From: Actinomycetes bacterium
GTDB lineage: Bacteria; Actinomycetota; Thermoleophilia; RBG-16-64-13
DNA length: 64,000 nt
Direction: 5' to 3'
NCBI GenBank assembly: GCA_024637095.1
Contig: JAGXFV010000024.1
Span: forward strand, 770 to 64,769
Shown: positions 1 through 10,247 of the stretch, piece by piece
How the letters are laid out: each line of letters starts with the position of its first letter
Numbering within the stretch: position 1 is the first letter of the stretch
Made by a program: the position numbers and the translations under genes
The notes under the pieces: generated by a model
Told to the model about the DNA's origin: nothing
The model's database searches: none
The model's input: the letters and a program-made list of their open reading frames with translations, nothing else

Positions 1-1917
1 GGCCGCGACCCTTCCTTTGCTGAGAATAACCACCCTGTCGGCCACGCGGGCGACCTCTTCCAGGTCGTGCGACGTGAAGAGCAGAGCGCGCTCCCCCTTA
101 CGCCAGCCCTGCAGGTACCGCATCAGACGAGTCCGGCCCTGGGGGTCCAGGCCCGCACCCGGCTCATCCAGGATCAGTAGAACGGGGTCGAGGGAAAGCA
201 CGCCGGCCAGCGCTACCCGCCTCTGCTCGCCCAGCGAGAGCGCGTGCGGGGACCGCCGGCGATACGAATCGTCTAGACCCACCGCCTCCATGGCGGCAAC
301 CACCCGTTGCTCCACCCGGGCTTCGCTGAGCCCCGCCATCCGCGGGGCCACCGCGATGTCCCCCTCGACGGTGGCTGCGAACAACTGGAACTCGGGACGC
401 TGAAAAACCATGCCGATGTCCCCGCGGCGCAGGGTGGACACCGTCCCGGAGGTAGGCGGCAGCAGACCGGCGATCAGTTGGAGCAGCGTGCTCTTACCCG
501 CCGCCGTACCCCCGAGCACCGCAGTGATGGCCCGCGGCTGGAGGTCGAGGTTGATGGCCTCAAGGGCCTCCCGGGCCATGGGCATACCCGGGTTGTACAC
601 CACTCCGGCGCGACGCAGAGAAACCAGAGGGGCCGCCGAAGGCTCACCCGACCGGAAGGGTGCCGCCGCCGCGTCCCGCTCGGGCTCCGCCGCCGCGTCC
701 GCGTCAGGTGCCTTCGGGATAGCCGGAGACTCGCCGGGCGGGGGCTCTCTGGGCGGGAAGTCCGGCGCGCCGCCAAGCTCGTGCAAGGCCCGGGCCAGTG
801 CCCCCTCATCCAGAGGGGCGGTCGCCTTCCTGCCCAATTGGGCAACCAGTGGGCCCAGCCGAGGCCGTGGCCCGGTCGGCCCAGAGGCCCCGGTCGGCCC
901 AGAGGGACCGGGCGGCCCAGAGGGCCCGGGTGGCTCAGACGGCCCGGTCGGCCCAGACGGCCCGGTCGGCCCAGACGGTCCGGTCGACGGCGAGGACTCC
1001 GTCCGCTCCTGCGGCCCCATGGGCGCCGGGGACCCGGTCGGCTCGACCTCGTGCGCCGGAACGTCCGCTCCGGCGCGTCTCTCCTCTTCCGTGGCGGGCT
1101 TCAGAGCGCGCGCCATCTCCAGGGAAAAGGTCATGACCGGCGGAAGTCCCAGCGGATAACGCTGCACCTCCTCCGACCGAAAGAACTGATCCGGCCGCCC
1201 TTCCCAGCCCATCCGACCGCCTGAGAGCACGTAGAGCCGGTCGGCCGGCAGGGTTTCCTCAGCCAGTTGGGTGACGAAGACCACACCGATGCCACGGTCG
1301 GTCATCCGCCTCACCAGCCGGATCACCTCGCGCCTGCCGCGATGGTCCAGCATGGAAGTGGGTTCGTCCAGGATGAGGACGGAGGGCTCGAGCACCAGGA
1401 CCGCGGCCAGCGCCAGCCGCTGGCGCTGGCCGCCGGAAAGCAGATGCGGCTCCGTGCCGGCTTCGGCCGTCAGGTCCAGGTCGGCGAGGGCCGCGGCCAC
1501 CCGATCCTGCATCTCCAGGCGGGGAACGCCCAGATTCTCAAGGCCGAAAGCGACGTCGTCCGCCACCGTGGCGCCCACGATCTGGTCATCGGGGTTCTGG
1601 AAGACCAGGCCCACCCGCGCGCAGATGTCGGGTCGCACCGCGGGATCGTCGGTCCGCATCCCGCCGACCTCGACCCACCCTTCCTCCGGCAACAACAGGC
1701 CATTGGCAAGCCGGGCGAGCGTGGTCTTTCCCGAGCCGTTACCCCCCATGACCGCCACGATCTCTCCGGAATGGACACGAAGGTCGACCGCGCTCAGCGC
1801 CGGCCGGCTCCCGCCGGGGTAGCTGTAGCCCACGCCGGCAAAGCGAAGCGCCGGGGCGTTCCCGCTCCCGGCGCTATTTCTCACGAGCCGCTCGGTAGTT
1901 CCAATGCGGCCGGTCAT
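1..1917 (-). CDS. Fused double ABC ATPase of an ECF transporter (EcfA1-EcfA2 fusion); runs off the left edge
   Basis: Not in the ORF track because there is no stop in the window. Manual translation from ATG 1917 gives GGNGSGKTT, LSGGQRQR and ILDEPT, then a long linker, then GGTAAGKST, VFQRPEFQLF, LSLGEQRR and ILDEPG. The position downstream of rplQ is typical of ecfA. Confidence 0.9.
   Translation of the reverse strand, partial: MTGRIGTTERLVRNSAGSGNAPALRFAGVGYSYPGGSRPALSAVDLRVHSGEIVAVMGGNGSGKTTLARLANGLLLPEEGWVEVGGMRTDDPAVRPDICARVGLVFQNPDDQIVGATVADDVAFGLENLGVPRLEMQDRVAAALADLDLTAEAGTEPHLLSGGQRQRLALAAVLVLEPSVLILDEPTSMLDHRGRREVIRLVRRMTDRGIGVVFVTQLAEETLPADRLYVLSGGRMGWEGRPDQFFRSEEVQRYPLGLPPVMTFSLEMARALKPATEEERRAGADVPAHEVEPTGSPAPMGPQERTESSPSTGPSGPTGPSGPTGPSEPPGPSGPPGPSGPTGASGPTGPRPRLGPLVAQLGRKATAPLDEGALARALHELGGAPDFPPREPPPGESPAIPKAPDADAAAEPERDAAAAPFRSGEPSAAPLVSLRRAGVVYNPGMPMAREALEAINLDLQPRAITAVLGGTAAGKSTLLQLIAGLLPPTSGTVSTLRRGDIGMVFQRPEFQLFAATVEGDIAVAPRMAGLSEARVEQRVVAAMEAVGLDDSYRRRSPHALSLGEQRRVALAGVLSLDPVLLILDEPGAGLDPQGRTRLMRYLQGWRKGERALLFTSHDLEEVARVADRVVILSKGRVAA
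865..981 (-). repeat. Imperfect 9/18-nt tandem repeat encoding a collagen-like (Gly-Pro-X) tract
   Basis: Units like ggcccggtcggcccagac. The minus strand reads GPSGPTGPSGPTGPSEPPGPSGPPGPSGPTGASGPTGPR. Confidence 0.9.
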
Positions 1918-1951
1918 CTCTGCAACAAAGCTCGGCTGAGTTTAAGACCGC

Positions 1952-2302
1952 CTAGACCAGCTCGAGATACACCATCTCAGCGGCGTCTCCCTGACGAGGC
2001 CCCAGCTTGAGAATCCTAGTGTAGCCCCCGGGCCGGTCCGCGTAACGCGGCCCGATCTCGTTGAACAGATCGTAGGTGACCTTCTTGTTCCGGAGCGTGC
2101 TGATAGCCACGCGGCGATGATGCAACCCGCCTGACTTGCCAAGGGTGATCATCTTCTCCACCAGCGGCTTGACCTCTTTGGCCTTTGCCTCCGTGGTCTT
2201 CACCCGCCCGTGCTCGAGCACGGAACAGGCCAGGTTGGCCAGCAGCTGACGCCTATGGTCGGGCTGCATCCCGAACTTCCGCCCCTTCTTCTTATGCCTC
2301 AC
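1952..2302 (-). CDS. rplQ: 50S ribosomal protein L17
   Basis: MRHKKKGRK...RPGGYTRILKLGPRQGDAAEM; follows rpoA. Confidence 0.98.
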   Translation of the reverse strand: MRHKKKGRKFGMQPDHRRQLLANLACSVLEHGRVKTTEAKAKEVKPLVEKMITLGKSGGLHHRRVAISTLRNKKVTYDLFNEIGPRYADRPGGYTRILKLGPRQGDAAEMVYLELV

Positions 2303-3465
2303 GACGCCTCTCCGTCTTCACTCTCGTCGGTGTCCGTCGAGGACAAACCGGATTCATTGCCTTCAGATAGATCCTCGCCCCGCAGGTGCAGTCCGCGCTC
2401 GGTCAGGCGCTCACGCACCTCTTCAATACTCTTCTTGCCGAAGTTGGGGATATTGAGGAGTTCCGCTTCGCTCTTGGACATCAGGTCGCCGACCGTCTCC
2501 ACGCCCTCGCGCTTGAGGCAATTATACGACCGCACGCCGAGCTCCAGCTCCTCGATCAGCATGTCGTCCTGCTCGGAGCGACCCGAGTCGCCGGTGTACT
2601 TGGCCCTGAGGTAGTCCTCGAGTTCGCCGACCTGAGCTTCGCCCAGCAAGACGATGCTCGACAAACGTCCGTGCTCCCACAGGCGCAGCAGTTCATCTTC
2701 GGAATCAACGCCGGACTCGCGCAGCGCGCTCTTGGCCGCCTCGGAAACCAACAAGTTGTCCGGGAAGCTCTCGCGCTCGGGCTCGGGCACGTCGCCAAAG
2801 AGGCGCAGGTGCTCCTGCAGGATCATGGCGGCGCCGCGCAGCGCCTCCCAGGGATCGAGCGCCCCGTTGGTCTCGACCTCGAGGGTGAGCTTGTCGAAGT
2901 CGGTCCGTTGACCGACGCGGGCGGGTTCCACTTGATAGGAAACCCGGGAAACCGGCGAGAAGATGGAGTCGATGGGGATGACCCCCAGCACCGACTCGTC
3001 ACTCTTGTTGTCGTTCGCGGAGGCGTAGCCCCGGCCGCGGCGAACCGTCAGCACGAGGTCCAGCTGCGCCCCTTCTTCAAGCGTGGCGATGTGGGCGTCC
3101 GGATTGACGACCTCGAGGTTCGAGGGCGTGTCGATATCACCAGCGGTAATGGCTCCCGGCCCCTCACGTACGAGATCCACCTGCATCTCGTTGTCCTCGC
3201 CGTGCATGACGAAGACCACCCGCTTGAGGTTCAGAATGATGTCGGTGACATCCTCCTTGACACCCCGCACCGACGAGAACTCGTGAGCAACTCCGTCGAT
3301 CTTGACCGCTGAAATCGCGGCTCCCTCGAGGGACGACAGGAGCACCCGGCGAAGGGAGTTGCCGAAGGTGTAGCCGAACCCCCGATCGAGCGGCTCGACC
3401 ACGAACGTCCCGTGGTTGTCTTCGACCTGCTCAGAGGTGATCTTAGGGGAATAGAAATCTAGCAA
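2299..3465 (-). CDS. rpoA: RNA polymerase alpha subunit (388 aa, with an extra internal CTD-like segment)
   Basis: EPLDRGFGYTFGNSLRRVLLSS, ARVGQRTDFDKL; CTD IEELELGVRSYNCLKR...NFGKKS. Confidence 0.98.
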   Translation of the reverse strand: MLDFYSPKITSEQVEDNHGTFVVEPLDRGFGYTFGNSLRRVLLSSLEGAAISAVKIDGVAHEFSSVRGVKEDVTDIILNLKRVVFVMHGEDNEMQVDLVREGPGAITAGDIDTPSNLEVVNPDAHIATLEEGAQLDLVLTVRRGRGYASANDNKSDESVLGVIPIDSIFSPVSRVSYQVEPARVGQRTDFDKLTLEVETNGALDPWEALRGAAMILQEHLRLFGDVPEPERESFPDNLLVSEAAKSALRESGVDSEDELLRLWEHGRLSSIVLLGEAQVGELEDYLRAKYTGDSGRSEQDDMLIEELELGVRSYNCLKREGVETVGDLMSKSEAELLNIPNFGKKSIEEVRERLTERGLHLRGEDLSEGNESGLSSTDTDESEDGEAS

Positions 3466-3519
3466 CCGTCCTCCAGTTTCCTAACGTATCCAGCTCCGAC
3501 CGCTACGCGAGCGCCCGGA

Positions 3520-4146
3520 CTACTTGGAGTAGAGCTCGATGATGAGCTGCTCCTGCACCGGCACGTCGATGTCCTCCCGGTCGGGAAGGCGCAGCACCTT
3601 GCCGGCAAGAGTGTCGTGGTCTGCCTGTAGCCAAGCTGGGACCGACGCGGTCAGATCCGTGGCTTCCTCGATCACGTCCCGCAGAGTCTGATCGCTCTGC
3701 TTGAAGACGATCACATCCTCAGGACGAACGCGGTACGAGGGAATGTCCACCCGACGACCGTTGACCTCGAAGTGACCGTGCATCACCAACTGACGAGCCT
3801 GCCGCCGCGAGGCTCCGAAACCGAGGCGGTACACCACGTTGTCCAGCCGCGTCTCGATCAAACGCAACAGATTTTCGCCCGTAATTCCGGGTTGGCGCGC
3901 GGCCTTCTCGTAGTAGTTGCGGAACTGAGCTTCGAGCAGCCCGTAATAGCGCCGAGCCTTCTGCTTCTCCCGCAACTGCTGCAGGTACTCGGATTGCTTG
4001 CGCCGCCGGCCGCGACCGTGCTGACCGGGGGGATAGCCCCGCCGATCGATAGCGCACTTGTCTGTGAGGCACCGCTCGCCTTTGAGAAAGAGCTTGACGC
4101 CCTCCCGCCGGCACTGCTTGCACTGTGGTCCCGTATCTCTAGCCAT
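3520..4146 (-). CDS. rpsD: 30S ribosomal protein S4
   Basis: [35 protein letters not shown]. Confidence 0.98.
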   Translation of the reverse strand: MARDTGPQCKQCRREGVKLFLKGERCLTDKCAIDRRGYPPGQHGRGRRRKQSEYLQQLREKQKARRYYGLLEAQFRNYYEKAARQPGITGENLLRLIETRLDNVVYRLGFGASRRQARQLVMHGHFEVNGRRVDIPSYRVRPEDVIVFKQSDQTLRDVIEEATDLTASVPAWLQADHDTLAGKVLRLPDREDIDVPVQEQLIIELYSK

Positions 4147-4172
4147 TCGTTCTGACTCCGTTACTGCCGGCC

Positions 4173-4574
4173 CTACACCCGGCGCCGCTTCTTGGGGCGG
4201 CAGCCGTTGTGCGGGATGGGGGTGATGTCCTTAACACTGTTGACTTCCAGGCCGGTGGCCTGCAGGGAGCGAATTGCGGTCTCCCTGCCGCTTCCCGGCC
4301 CCTTGACGAACACATCGATCTTCTGGAGACCGTGCTCCATGCCGGCGCGGGCGGCGCGCTCGGCGGTCACCTGCGCGGCGAAAGGTGTGGACTTACGCGA
4401 GCCCTTGAACCCGGCCGCTCCGGCCGTCGCCCAGGCGATCACGTTGCCTTCCTTGTCCGTCAGGGTGACAACGGTGTTGTTGAAGGACGTCTTGACGTAG
4501 GCGTTGCCGACGGCGATGTTCTTGCGCACCTTGCGCCGCCGCGTTCGCGCGCCCCGCTTTACCGGTTTTGCCAT
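4173..4574 (-). CDS. rpsK: 30S ribosomal protein S11
   Basis: [27 protein letters not shown]. Confidence 0.98.
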   Translation of the reverse strand: MAKPVKRGARTRRRKVRKNIAVGNAYVKTSFNNTVVTLTDKEGNVIAWATAGAAGFKGSRKSTPFAAQVTAERAARAGMEHGLQKIDVFVKGPGSGRETAIRSLQATGLEVNSVKDITPIPHNGCRPKKRRRV

Positions 4575-4631
4575 GAACCTCTCTCCGCTTCGTTCCGGTT
4601 GAGTCAGTCAGTCGAGTCTCGGCGGACCAGC

Positions 4632-5009
4632 CTAGACCCGCACCTTTTTCTTCATACCGACCGTCGGCTTGTGCCCCTTGCGGACACGAGCGTTGGTCTT
4701 GGTCCTCTGGCCGCGTACGGGCAGACCACGCCGGTGGCGGATGCCCCGGTAACAGCCGATTTCCATGAGCCGCTTGATGTTCTGGCTGCGCTCACGGCGA
4801 AGATCACCCTCGACCAGGAAGGTGTCCTCCACGTAGTTGCGGAGGCGAATCTCCTCGTCCTCTGTCAGATCTTTGACCTTTGTGTCCGGATTGATCTGGG
4901 TGGCAGCAAGGGCCTTTTGGGCCGAGCTCTGTCCCACTCCGTACACATAGGTGAGTCCGATCTCCACCCGCTTGTCGCGGGGAAGGGTGACGCCAGCTAT
5001 CCGAGCCAT
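4632..5009 (-). CDS. rpsM: 30S ribosomal protein S13
   Basis: [30 protein letters not shown]. Confidence 0.98.
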   Translation of the reverse strand: MARIAGVTLPRDKRVEIGLTYVYGVGQSSAQKALAATQINPDTKVKDLTEDEEIRLRNYVEDTFLVEGDLRRERSQNIKRLMEIGCYRGIRHRRGLPVRGQRTKTNARVRKGHKPTVGMKKKVRV

Positions 5010-5023
5010 CTATCCGCTCCTGG

Positions 5024-5137
5024 TTATCCCTGCCGCTGCTTATGGTTCGGGTTCTGGCAGATAACCAGCACCTGGCCCTTGCGGCGAATTACCTTGCACT
5101 TCTCGCACATCGGTTTGACCGACGCCCGTACCTTCAT
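5024..5137 (-). CDS. rpmJ: 50S ribosomal protein L36 (Zn-binding type)
   Basis: Manual translation [37 protein letters not shown]; too short for the ORF track. Confidence 0.97.
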   Translation of the reverse strand: MKVRASVKPMCEKCKVIRRKGQVLVICQNPNHKQRQG

Positions 5138-5230
5138 GATTCCGTTCCCCTCATCTCTATCCCTTCCCTCGACACAGACGGACCGCCCCGACTTCCGCCG
5201 GGCGGGCCGAGCGCACGTATCTCGGGCCTG

Positions 5231-5452
5231 TTACTTGAATCTATAGGTGATCCGGCCGCGCGTGAGGTCGTAAGGAGAAAGCTCGACCTTCACCCGGTCT
5301 CCCGGCAGAATCCGGATATAGTTCATCCGCATCTTGCCCGAGATGTGGGCCAGGATTTCGTGATCGTTGTCCAACCTCACCCGGAACATCGTGTTCGGGA
5401 GGGCTTCGACCACCACTCCTTCTAGCTCTATCGCATCTTCTTTAGGAGACAC
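5231..5452 (-). CDS. infA: Translation initiation factor IF-1
   Basis: [38 protein letters not shown]. Confidence 0.98.
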   Translation of the reverse strand: MSPKEDAIELEGVVVEALPNTMFRVRLDNDHEILAHISGKMRMNYIRILPGDRVKVELSPYDLTRGRITYRFK

Positions 5453-5529
5453 CCTCGGCTCGTACCCCGTTCTTTCGTCAATCGGTCAAATCGCAGACCG
5501 AGCATATTACCACAACCGGAGCCCTCTTT

Positions 5530-6276
5530 TCAGACCGCCGTCAGCACCCGTGGACCATCGCTGGTTATTGCGACCGTGTGCTCGAAGTGCGCGGACAGCG
5601 TGCCGTCCCGCGTGTACACTGCCCAGCCGTCGTCACCCATCTCGACGTCGTAGCGCCCGGCGTTCACCATCGGCTCTATCGCCAGCACCATTCCTTCCAC
5701 CAGACGCGGACCCTTGCCCGGCGCGCCGAAGTTGGGCACCTGCGGGTCCTCGTGCATGTCCCGCCCGATGCCGTGACCAACCAGGCTGCGCACCACGGAG
5801 TACCCGCGTTCCTCAACGTAGGCCTGTACCGCGTAGGAGATGTCTCCCACCCGGTTACCTTCGCGGCACTGCTCAATCGCCCGGCCGAGCGACTCTCGCG
5901 TGGCCGCCATCAGGGAGGATGCGTCCTCGGAAACCTCCCCCACCGGCACCGTGATCGCAGAGTCGCCGACGTAGTCCTCCAGCGTCACGCCCACGTCGAT
6001 GCTGAGGATGTCACCCTCCGTCAAAGCGGCCTCTCCGGGAATGCCGTGCACAATCATGTCGTTGGACGAGGCACAGATCGAACTCGGAAAACCCCGGTAA
6101 CCCTTGAAGGTGGGAACCGCCCCGTGGCTGCGGATGTAATCCTCGGCCATGCGGTCGAGTTCAGCGGTGCTCACACCCGGATGCACCGCTGCGGCGAGTA
6201 TCTCCAGGCAGCCGCGGACCAGGCGCCCGGCGCGGGCCATCTTCTCGATCTCGGTGGCTGACTTACGGATGATCAC
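5530..6276 (-). CDS. map: Methionine aminopeptidase type I
   Basis: [30 protein letters not shown]. Confidence 0.97.
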   Translation of the reverse strand: MIIRKSATEIEKMARAGRLVRGCLEILAAAVHPGVSTAELDRMAEDYIRSHGAVPTFKGYRGFPSSICASSNDMIVHGIPGEAALTEGDILSIDVGVTLEDYVGDSAITVPVGEVSEDASSLMAATRESLGRAIEQCREGNRVGDISYAVQAYVEERGYSVVRSLVGHGIGRDMHEDPQVPNFGAPGKGPRLVEGMVLAIEPMVNAGRYDVEMGDDGWAVYTRDGTLSAHFEHTVAITSDGPRVLTAV

Positions 6277-6320
6277 TAGGTCTCGTCTCTGGTCTCGCGA
6301 TGGCCTCGGTTTCGGGTTGC

Positions 6321-6989
6321 CTACTCGGCGGGCCCGATCGCGGCCTTGATGTCCTCGTACACGTTGTCCGGCGTCTGCTGCCCGTCGATGCGCGCCACCA
6401 GTCCTTGCTCATCGTAGTAGTCGATCAACGGCTCGGTCTGCTCGGCGTAGACGTTCAGCCGGTTGCGCACTGTGCTCTCGGTGTCGTCGTCGCGTTGGAA
6501 GAGCTCGCCCCCGCACTTGTCGCAAACGCCCGCGCGTTGGGAGGGATTCCCGTACACGTGGTAAGGCGCCTGGCACTCGCGGCAGATCCTGCGTCCTGAG
6601 AGGCGCATGACCAGTTCTTCGTCCGGCACCAGCACCGCCACAACCCGGGAAACGTCTCGGCCCAACTCGGCGAGGCTCGCGTCAAGCGCCCCGGCCTGCG
6701 GAATCGTGCGCGGGAAGCCGTCCATCAAGAACCCTTCGGCCGTGTCCGGCTCCTGCAGGCGGTCTTTGACGATGCCGATCACGACCTCGTCGGGCACCAG
6801 CTCACCTGCGTCCATGTAGCGCTTGGCCTCTAACCCCATCTGCGTCTGGTTCTTGACGGCGGACCGCAGGATGTCTCCCGTAGAGATGTGCGGCAGACCG
6901 TAGTCTTCCACTATGCGGCTCGCCTGCGTTCCCTTGCCCGCGCCGGGGGGTCCCAGCAGTATCAGGTTGACCTGTGCCATGTCCCCCAT
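6321..6989 (-). CDS. adk: Adenylate kinase with Zn-binding LID (start may be 6980)
   Basis: [22 protein letters not shown]...CDKC. Confidence 0.97.
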   Translation of the reverse strand: MGDMAQVNLILLGPPGAGKGTQASRIVEDYGLPHISTGDILRSAVKNQTQMGLEAKRYMDAGELVPDEVVIGIVKDRLQEPDTAEGFLMDGFPRTIPQAGALDASLAELGRDVSRVVAVLVPDEELVMRLSGRRICRECQAPYHVYGNPSQRAGVCDKCGGELFQRDDDTESTVRNRLNVYAEQTEPLIDYYDEQGLVARIDGQQTPDNVYEDIKAAIGPAE

Positions 6990-7006
6990 GTCCCCCTCTC
7001 GCTCGC

Positions 7007-8260
7007 CTACTTGAGGAATCCCTCGTAATGCCGCATCAGCAACTGCGACTCCATCTGCTTCATGGTGTCGAGCGCGACCCCGATGACGATCAGCAGGGAG
7101 GTCCCGCCGAAGAAGAAGGGCACTCCCATGAACCGGATCAGCAGCGTGGGCAACACCACGATGGCCGCCAGGAATAGGGCTCCGGGCAGAGTGATCCGGG
7201 TGAGGACGCGGTCCAGATACTGCGCCGTGGGCCGGCCCGGACGAATCCCGGGGATGAAACCCCCATGCTTACGCAGGTTGTCGGCCTGATCGAGCGGGTT
7301 GAACTGCACCGCCGTATAAAAATAGGTGAACAGGATGATCAGCAGCACCTCGACGGCCAGATACGCCCAGCTACCCGGGCCGATGGTGGTCGCGGCGGTC
7401 TGCGCCCAATCCCAGGGGGTCATCTGGGCCAGGGTCACCGGGAAGAGCATCACCGCGGAAGCGAAGATGACCGGGATAACACCCGCCATGTTCACCCTGA
7501 GGGGCAGATACGTGCTCTGCCCACCGTACATCTTGCGGCCCACCACCCGCTTGGCGTATTGGATCGGAATGCGCCGCTGGCCCTCCTGCACCATGATGAT
7601 CGCCACGATAACGCCGAGAGCGATGAGCGCCATGACCAACCATTCGAGCGGGTTCATCACCCGGATCATGTTGTAGAGCCCGCCCGGCAGCGCCGAGATG
7701 ATGCTTGCGAAGATGATCAGGGAGATGCCGTTACCGATGCCGCGCTGAGTGATCAGTTCGCCCAGCCACATGACCAGACCGGCACCCACCGTCAGGGTGA
7801 AGACGATCAGATAGAACTTGTAGGGCGTCAGCGGGTTCTCAGGCGGAAACGCACCCTGCGTCCGGAAGAGAAACACGAAGGCAATCGCCTGGACCAAGGA
7901 CAGCACGATGGTCGTATACCGGGTGTACTGATTGATCTTCTTGGCCCCGGATTCCCCTTCCTTGGCGATGGCCTCCAGTTGCGGGATGACCGTCGTCAGC
8001 AGGGTAAAGATGATCGACGCCGTGATGTACGGCATGATCCCCAGCGCGAAGACGGCCACGCGCTCGAAGGCGCCGCCGGCCAGCACGTTGAAGAAGCCAA
8101 AGACCCCACCGCCTTGGATGAGGTCCGAGATGGCCCCGAGATCAACACCGGGAACAGGCACGAACGACCCGAACCGGTAAAGGGCGATGATGAACGCCGT
8201 GAACAGCAGGCGGGTCCGAAGATCCGGCAGCTTCCAGGCGTTCAACAGTGATTGCAGCAT
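7007..8260 (-). CDS. secY: Preprotein translocase SecY
   Basis: ALGIMPYITASII, GIGNGISLIIF, FIPGIRPG, GGTSLLIVIGVA. Confidence 0.98.
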   Translation of the reverse strand: MLQSLLNAWKLPDLRTRLLFTAFIIALYRFGSFVPVPGVDLGAISDLIQGGGVFGFFNVLAGGAFERVAVFALGIMPYITASIIFTLLTTVIPQLEAIAKEGESGAKKINQYTRYTTIVLSLVQAIAFVFLFRTQGAFPPENPLTPYKFYLIVFTLTVGAGLVMWLGELITQRGIGNGISLIIFASIISALPGGLYNMIRVMNPLEWLVMALIALGVIVAIIMVQEGQRRIPIQYAKRVVGRKMYGGQSTYLPLRVNMAGVIPVIFASAVMLFPVTLAQMTPWDWAQTAATTIGPGSWAYLAVEVLLIILFTYFYTAVQFNPLDQADNLRKHGGFIPGIRPGRPTAQYLDRVLTRITLPGALFLAAIVVLPTLLIRFMGVPFFFGGTSLLIVIGVALDTMKQMESQLLMRHYEGFLK

Positions 8261-8314
8261 CTGTTACTCCACTCTTCGAGTACGGCTCGGCCGGCTACGG
8301 GAGGCCGCGGGGAG

Positions 8315-8791
8315 CTAGAGCTCCTCGCAGGTGCCACCCGCTTCCTCGATCTTACGCTTGGCGGAAGCGCTGAAGCCGTGGGCCTTCACGGTCAGGGCCC
8401 GGTTCAGCTCGCCTTCGCCCAGAATCTTGACGCGCTCGTCGGCCTTCTTCACGATGCCCTTCTCGAGCAGGGCCTCGGGGGTCACCTCGGTACCCGCCTC
8501 GAACGCCTCGAGCCGGTTGAGATTGACCGGCACCATGTACGTCCTGAAGGGACCAATGGGCATCGCGTCCTTGCTGTGAGGGCCGCGGAGTTTGGGCACC
8601 CGCATGTGCAGCGGCATCTGCCCACCCTCATACCGAGAGGAAATCTGTCCGCCGGAGCGGGCCTTCGAGCCCTTGTGGCCGCGGCCGGAGGTCTTGCCGG
8701 TGCCCGAGCCGTGCCCGCGACCCACCCGCTTGCGCTTGGTGCGCGAGCCCTCGTTCGGGCGCAGCTCGTGTAGAAATACTTCGTCAGCCAT
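8315..8791 (-). CDS. rplO: 50S ribosomal protein L15
   Basis: [27 protein letters not shown]. Confidence 0.97.
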   Translation of the reverse strand: MADEVFLHELRPNEGSRTKRKRVGRGHGSGTGKTSGRGHKGSKARSGGQISSRYEGGQMPLHMRVPKLRGPHSKDAMPIGPFRTYMVPVNLNRLEAFEAGTEVTPEALLEKGIVKKADERVKILGEGELNRALTVKAHGFSASAKRKIEEAGGTCEEL

Positions 8792-8794
8792 CGG

Positions 8795-9259
8795 CTATTC
8801 CTTGTTCTCGGCTTCCGTCTCGTCTTCGTCTTCGGCGGGTTCCTCTTCGGGTCCCTCCGCCTCGATGGATTCCCGCGACTCCTCCGGGGATTTCTTCTCT
8901 TCCGAAGGCTGTTCCACCTCGGGCAGGGCCTCGGGAGCCGGTTCTTCGGTGGGCTCGGGCTGCTGAGCGGGCGCTTGGGCTTCAGGCCGCTCGGCAGGCT
9001 TCTCGGCCTCCGCTTCGGCTGTGGACTTCACCGTTACCCCCGGTGCCGGATCGGGCGCCTTTTGCTCCGCGCCCGCCTGCTTGGAGGTTACCTCACTCAC
9101 CTCGAGCATGTAGTAGATCTTTTGGATCATCCCGCGGATCACCTGGCTGTCCTCGTGATAGACCGTCTGGCCCGGGCGCCGAAGGCCCAGGGCGCGCAGG
9201 GTGTCCTTGTGATCCTGCTTGCGCCGGATGGCGCTCTTAACCTGGATTATCTTCAGCAT
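8795..9259 (-). CDS. rpmD: 50S ribosomal protein L30 with a long acidic C-terminal extension
   Basis: LKIIQVKSAI...TLRALGLRR...IRGMIQKI core, between rpsE and rplO; about 95 extra E/A/P-rich residues. Confidence 0.93.
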   Translation of the reverse strand: MLKIIQVKSAIRRKQDHKDTLRALGLRRPGQTVYHEDSQVIRGMIQKIYYMLEVSEVTSKQAGAEQKAPDPAPGVTVKSTAEAEAEKPAERPEAQAPAQQPEPTEEPAPEALPEVEQPSEEKKSPEESRESIEAEGPEEEPAEDEDETEAENKE

Positions 9260-9265
9260 CGTCCG

Positions 9266-9844
9266 CTACTCCTCGCCCGCCGCCGCAACCGCCTGAGTTT
9301 CGGCGCCAGCGGACTCAGGCTCCTGCTCGGTCGGGTGCTTCTCCATGCCGAGGACCTCGCGGACCGTCTTGCCTCTCAGGCGGGCGATTTCTTCGGGCCG
9401 GCGCAGCGAGCGCAGGCCTTCCTCGGCCGCCCGAACCATGTTGATCGGATTGGTGGTGCCGAGGCACTTGGTCAGCACGTCGCGCACGCCGCCCAGTTCC
9501 AGTACCGCACGCACGCCGCCTCCGGCGATGACCCCGGTACCCGGGGAAGCCGGCTTCAGCAGGACCTTGCCCGCACCGTAGCGACCCACGATGGCGTGAG
9601 TGATCGTGCTGCCGTGCTTGGGCACGACAAACAGGTTCTTCTTGGCGTCGTCGATGGCTTTCTGGATGGCAAGCGGTACTTCCTTGGCCTTGCCATAACC
9701 CACGCCCACGACGCCCTCGCCGTCACCCACAGCCACGAGAGCCGTGAAGGAGAACCGCCGACCGCCTTTTACGACCTTGGCGACGCGGTTGATCTCGATC
9801 ACGTTCTCCTGCAGGTTCAGCGCGTCCGCCTTGATCTGTGACAC
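9266..9844 (-). CDS. rpsE: 30S ribosomal protein S5
   Basis: [28 protein letters not shown]. Confidence 0.98.
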   Translation of the reverse strand: MSQIKADALNLQENVIEINRVAKVVKGGRRFSFTALVAVGDGEGVVGVGYGKAKEVPLAIQKAIDDAKKNLFVVPKHGSTITHAIVGRYGAGKVLLKPASPGTGVIAGGGVRAVLELGGVRDVLTKCLGTTNPINMVRAAEEGLRSLRRPEEIARLRGKTVREVLGMEKHPTEQEPESAGAETQAVAAAGEE

Positions 9845-9862
9845 TGCGTTCCCTTTCCCTTC

Positions 9863-10219
9863 TTAGAAGCTCAGGCCGGCTTCGCGTGCCGCGTCCGCCA
9901 GGGCCTTGACCCGCCCGTGGTACAGATACGAACCGCGATCGAACACGACCTGCTCGATTCCGGCCGCTTTGGCCCGCTCGGCGAGCAGCGAGCCCACCTT
10001 GGCGGCCTGCGCTTTCTTGTCTTCGGCAGATGCCTCGACACCGGCGGGACCGGCGCTTGCAAGCGTGGTCCCGGTCGTGTCGTCGATGACCTGCGCCCAT
10101 ATGCCGCGGTTGGAGCGGAACACAGTCAGGCGAGGGCGCTGCGGAGTGCCCTTCACCTTGCTGCGCACCCGCACCGCACGCCGCCGGGCGGCCAGTTTTT
10201 TCTTCTTTAGTACGCTCAT
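9863..10219 (-). CDS. rplR: 50S ribosomal protein L18
   Basis: [33 protein letters not shown]. Confidence 0.97.
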   Translation of the reverse strand: MSVLKKKKLAARRRAVRVRSKVKGTPQRPRLTVFRSNRGIWAQVIDDTTGTTLASAGPAGVEASAEDKKAQAAKVGSLLAERAKAAGIEQVVFDRGSYLYHGRVKALADAAREAGLSF

Positions 10220-10247
10220 CGTCCTCGGTCAGTTCTTTCGTTGGTTG

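Noticed and set aside
865..990. Tandem repeat as a CRISPR array or as the plus-strand RRPG/GPDGPV ORFs
   Set aside because: There are no unique spacers or cas genes, and the repeat lies in frame within the minus-strand ATPase.
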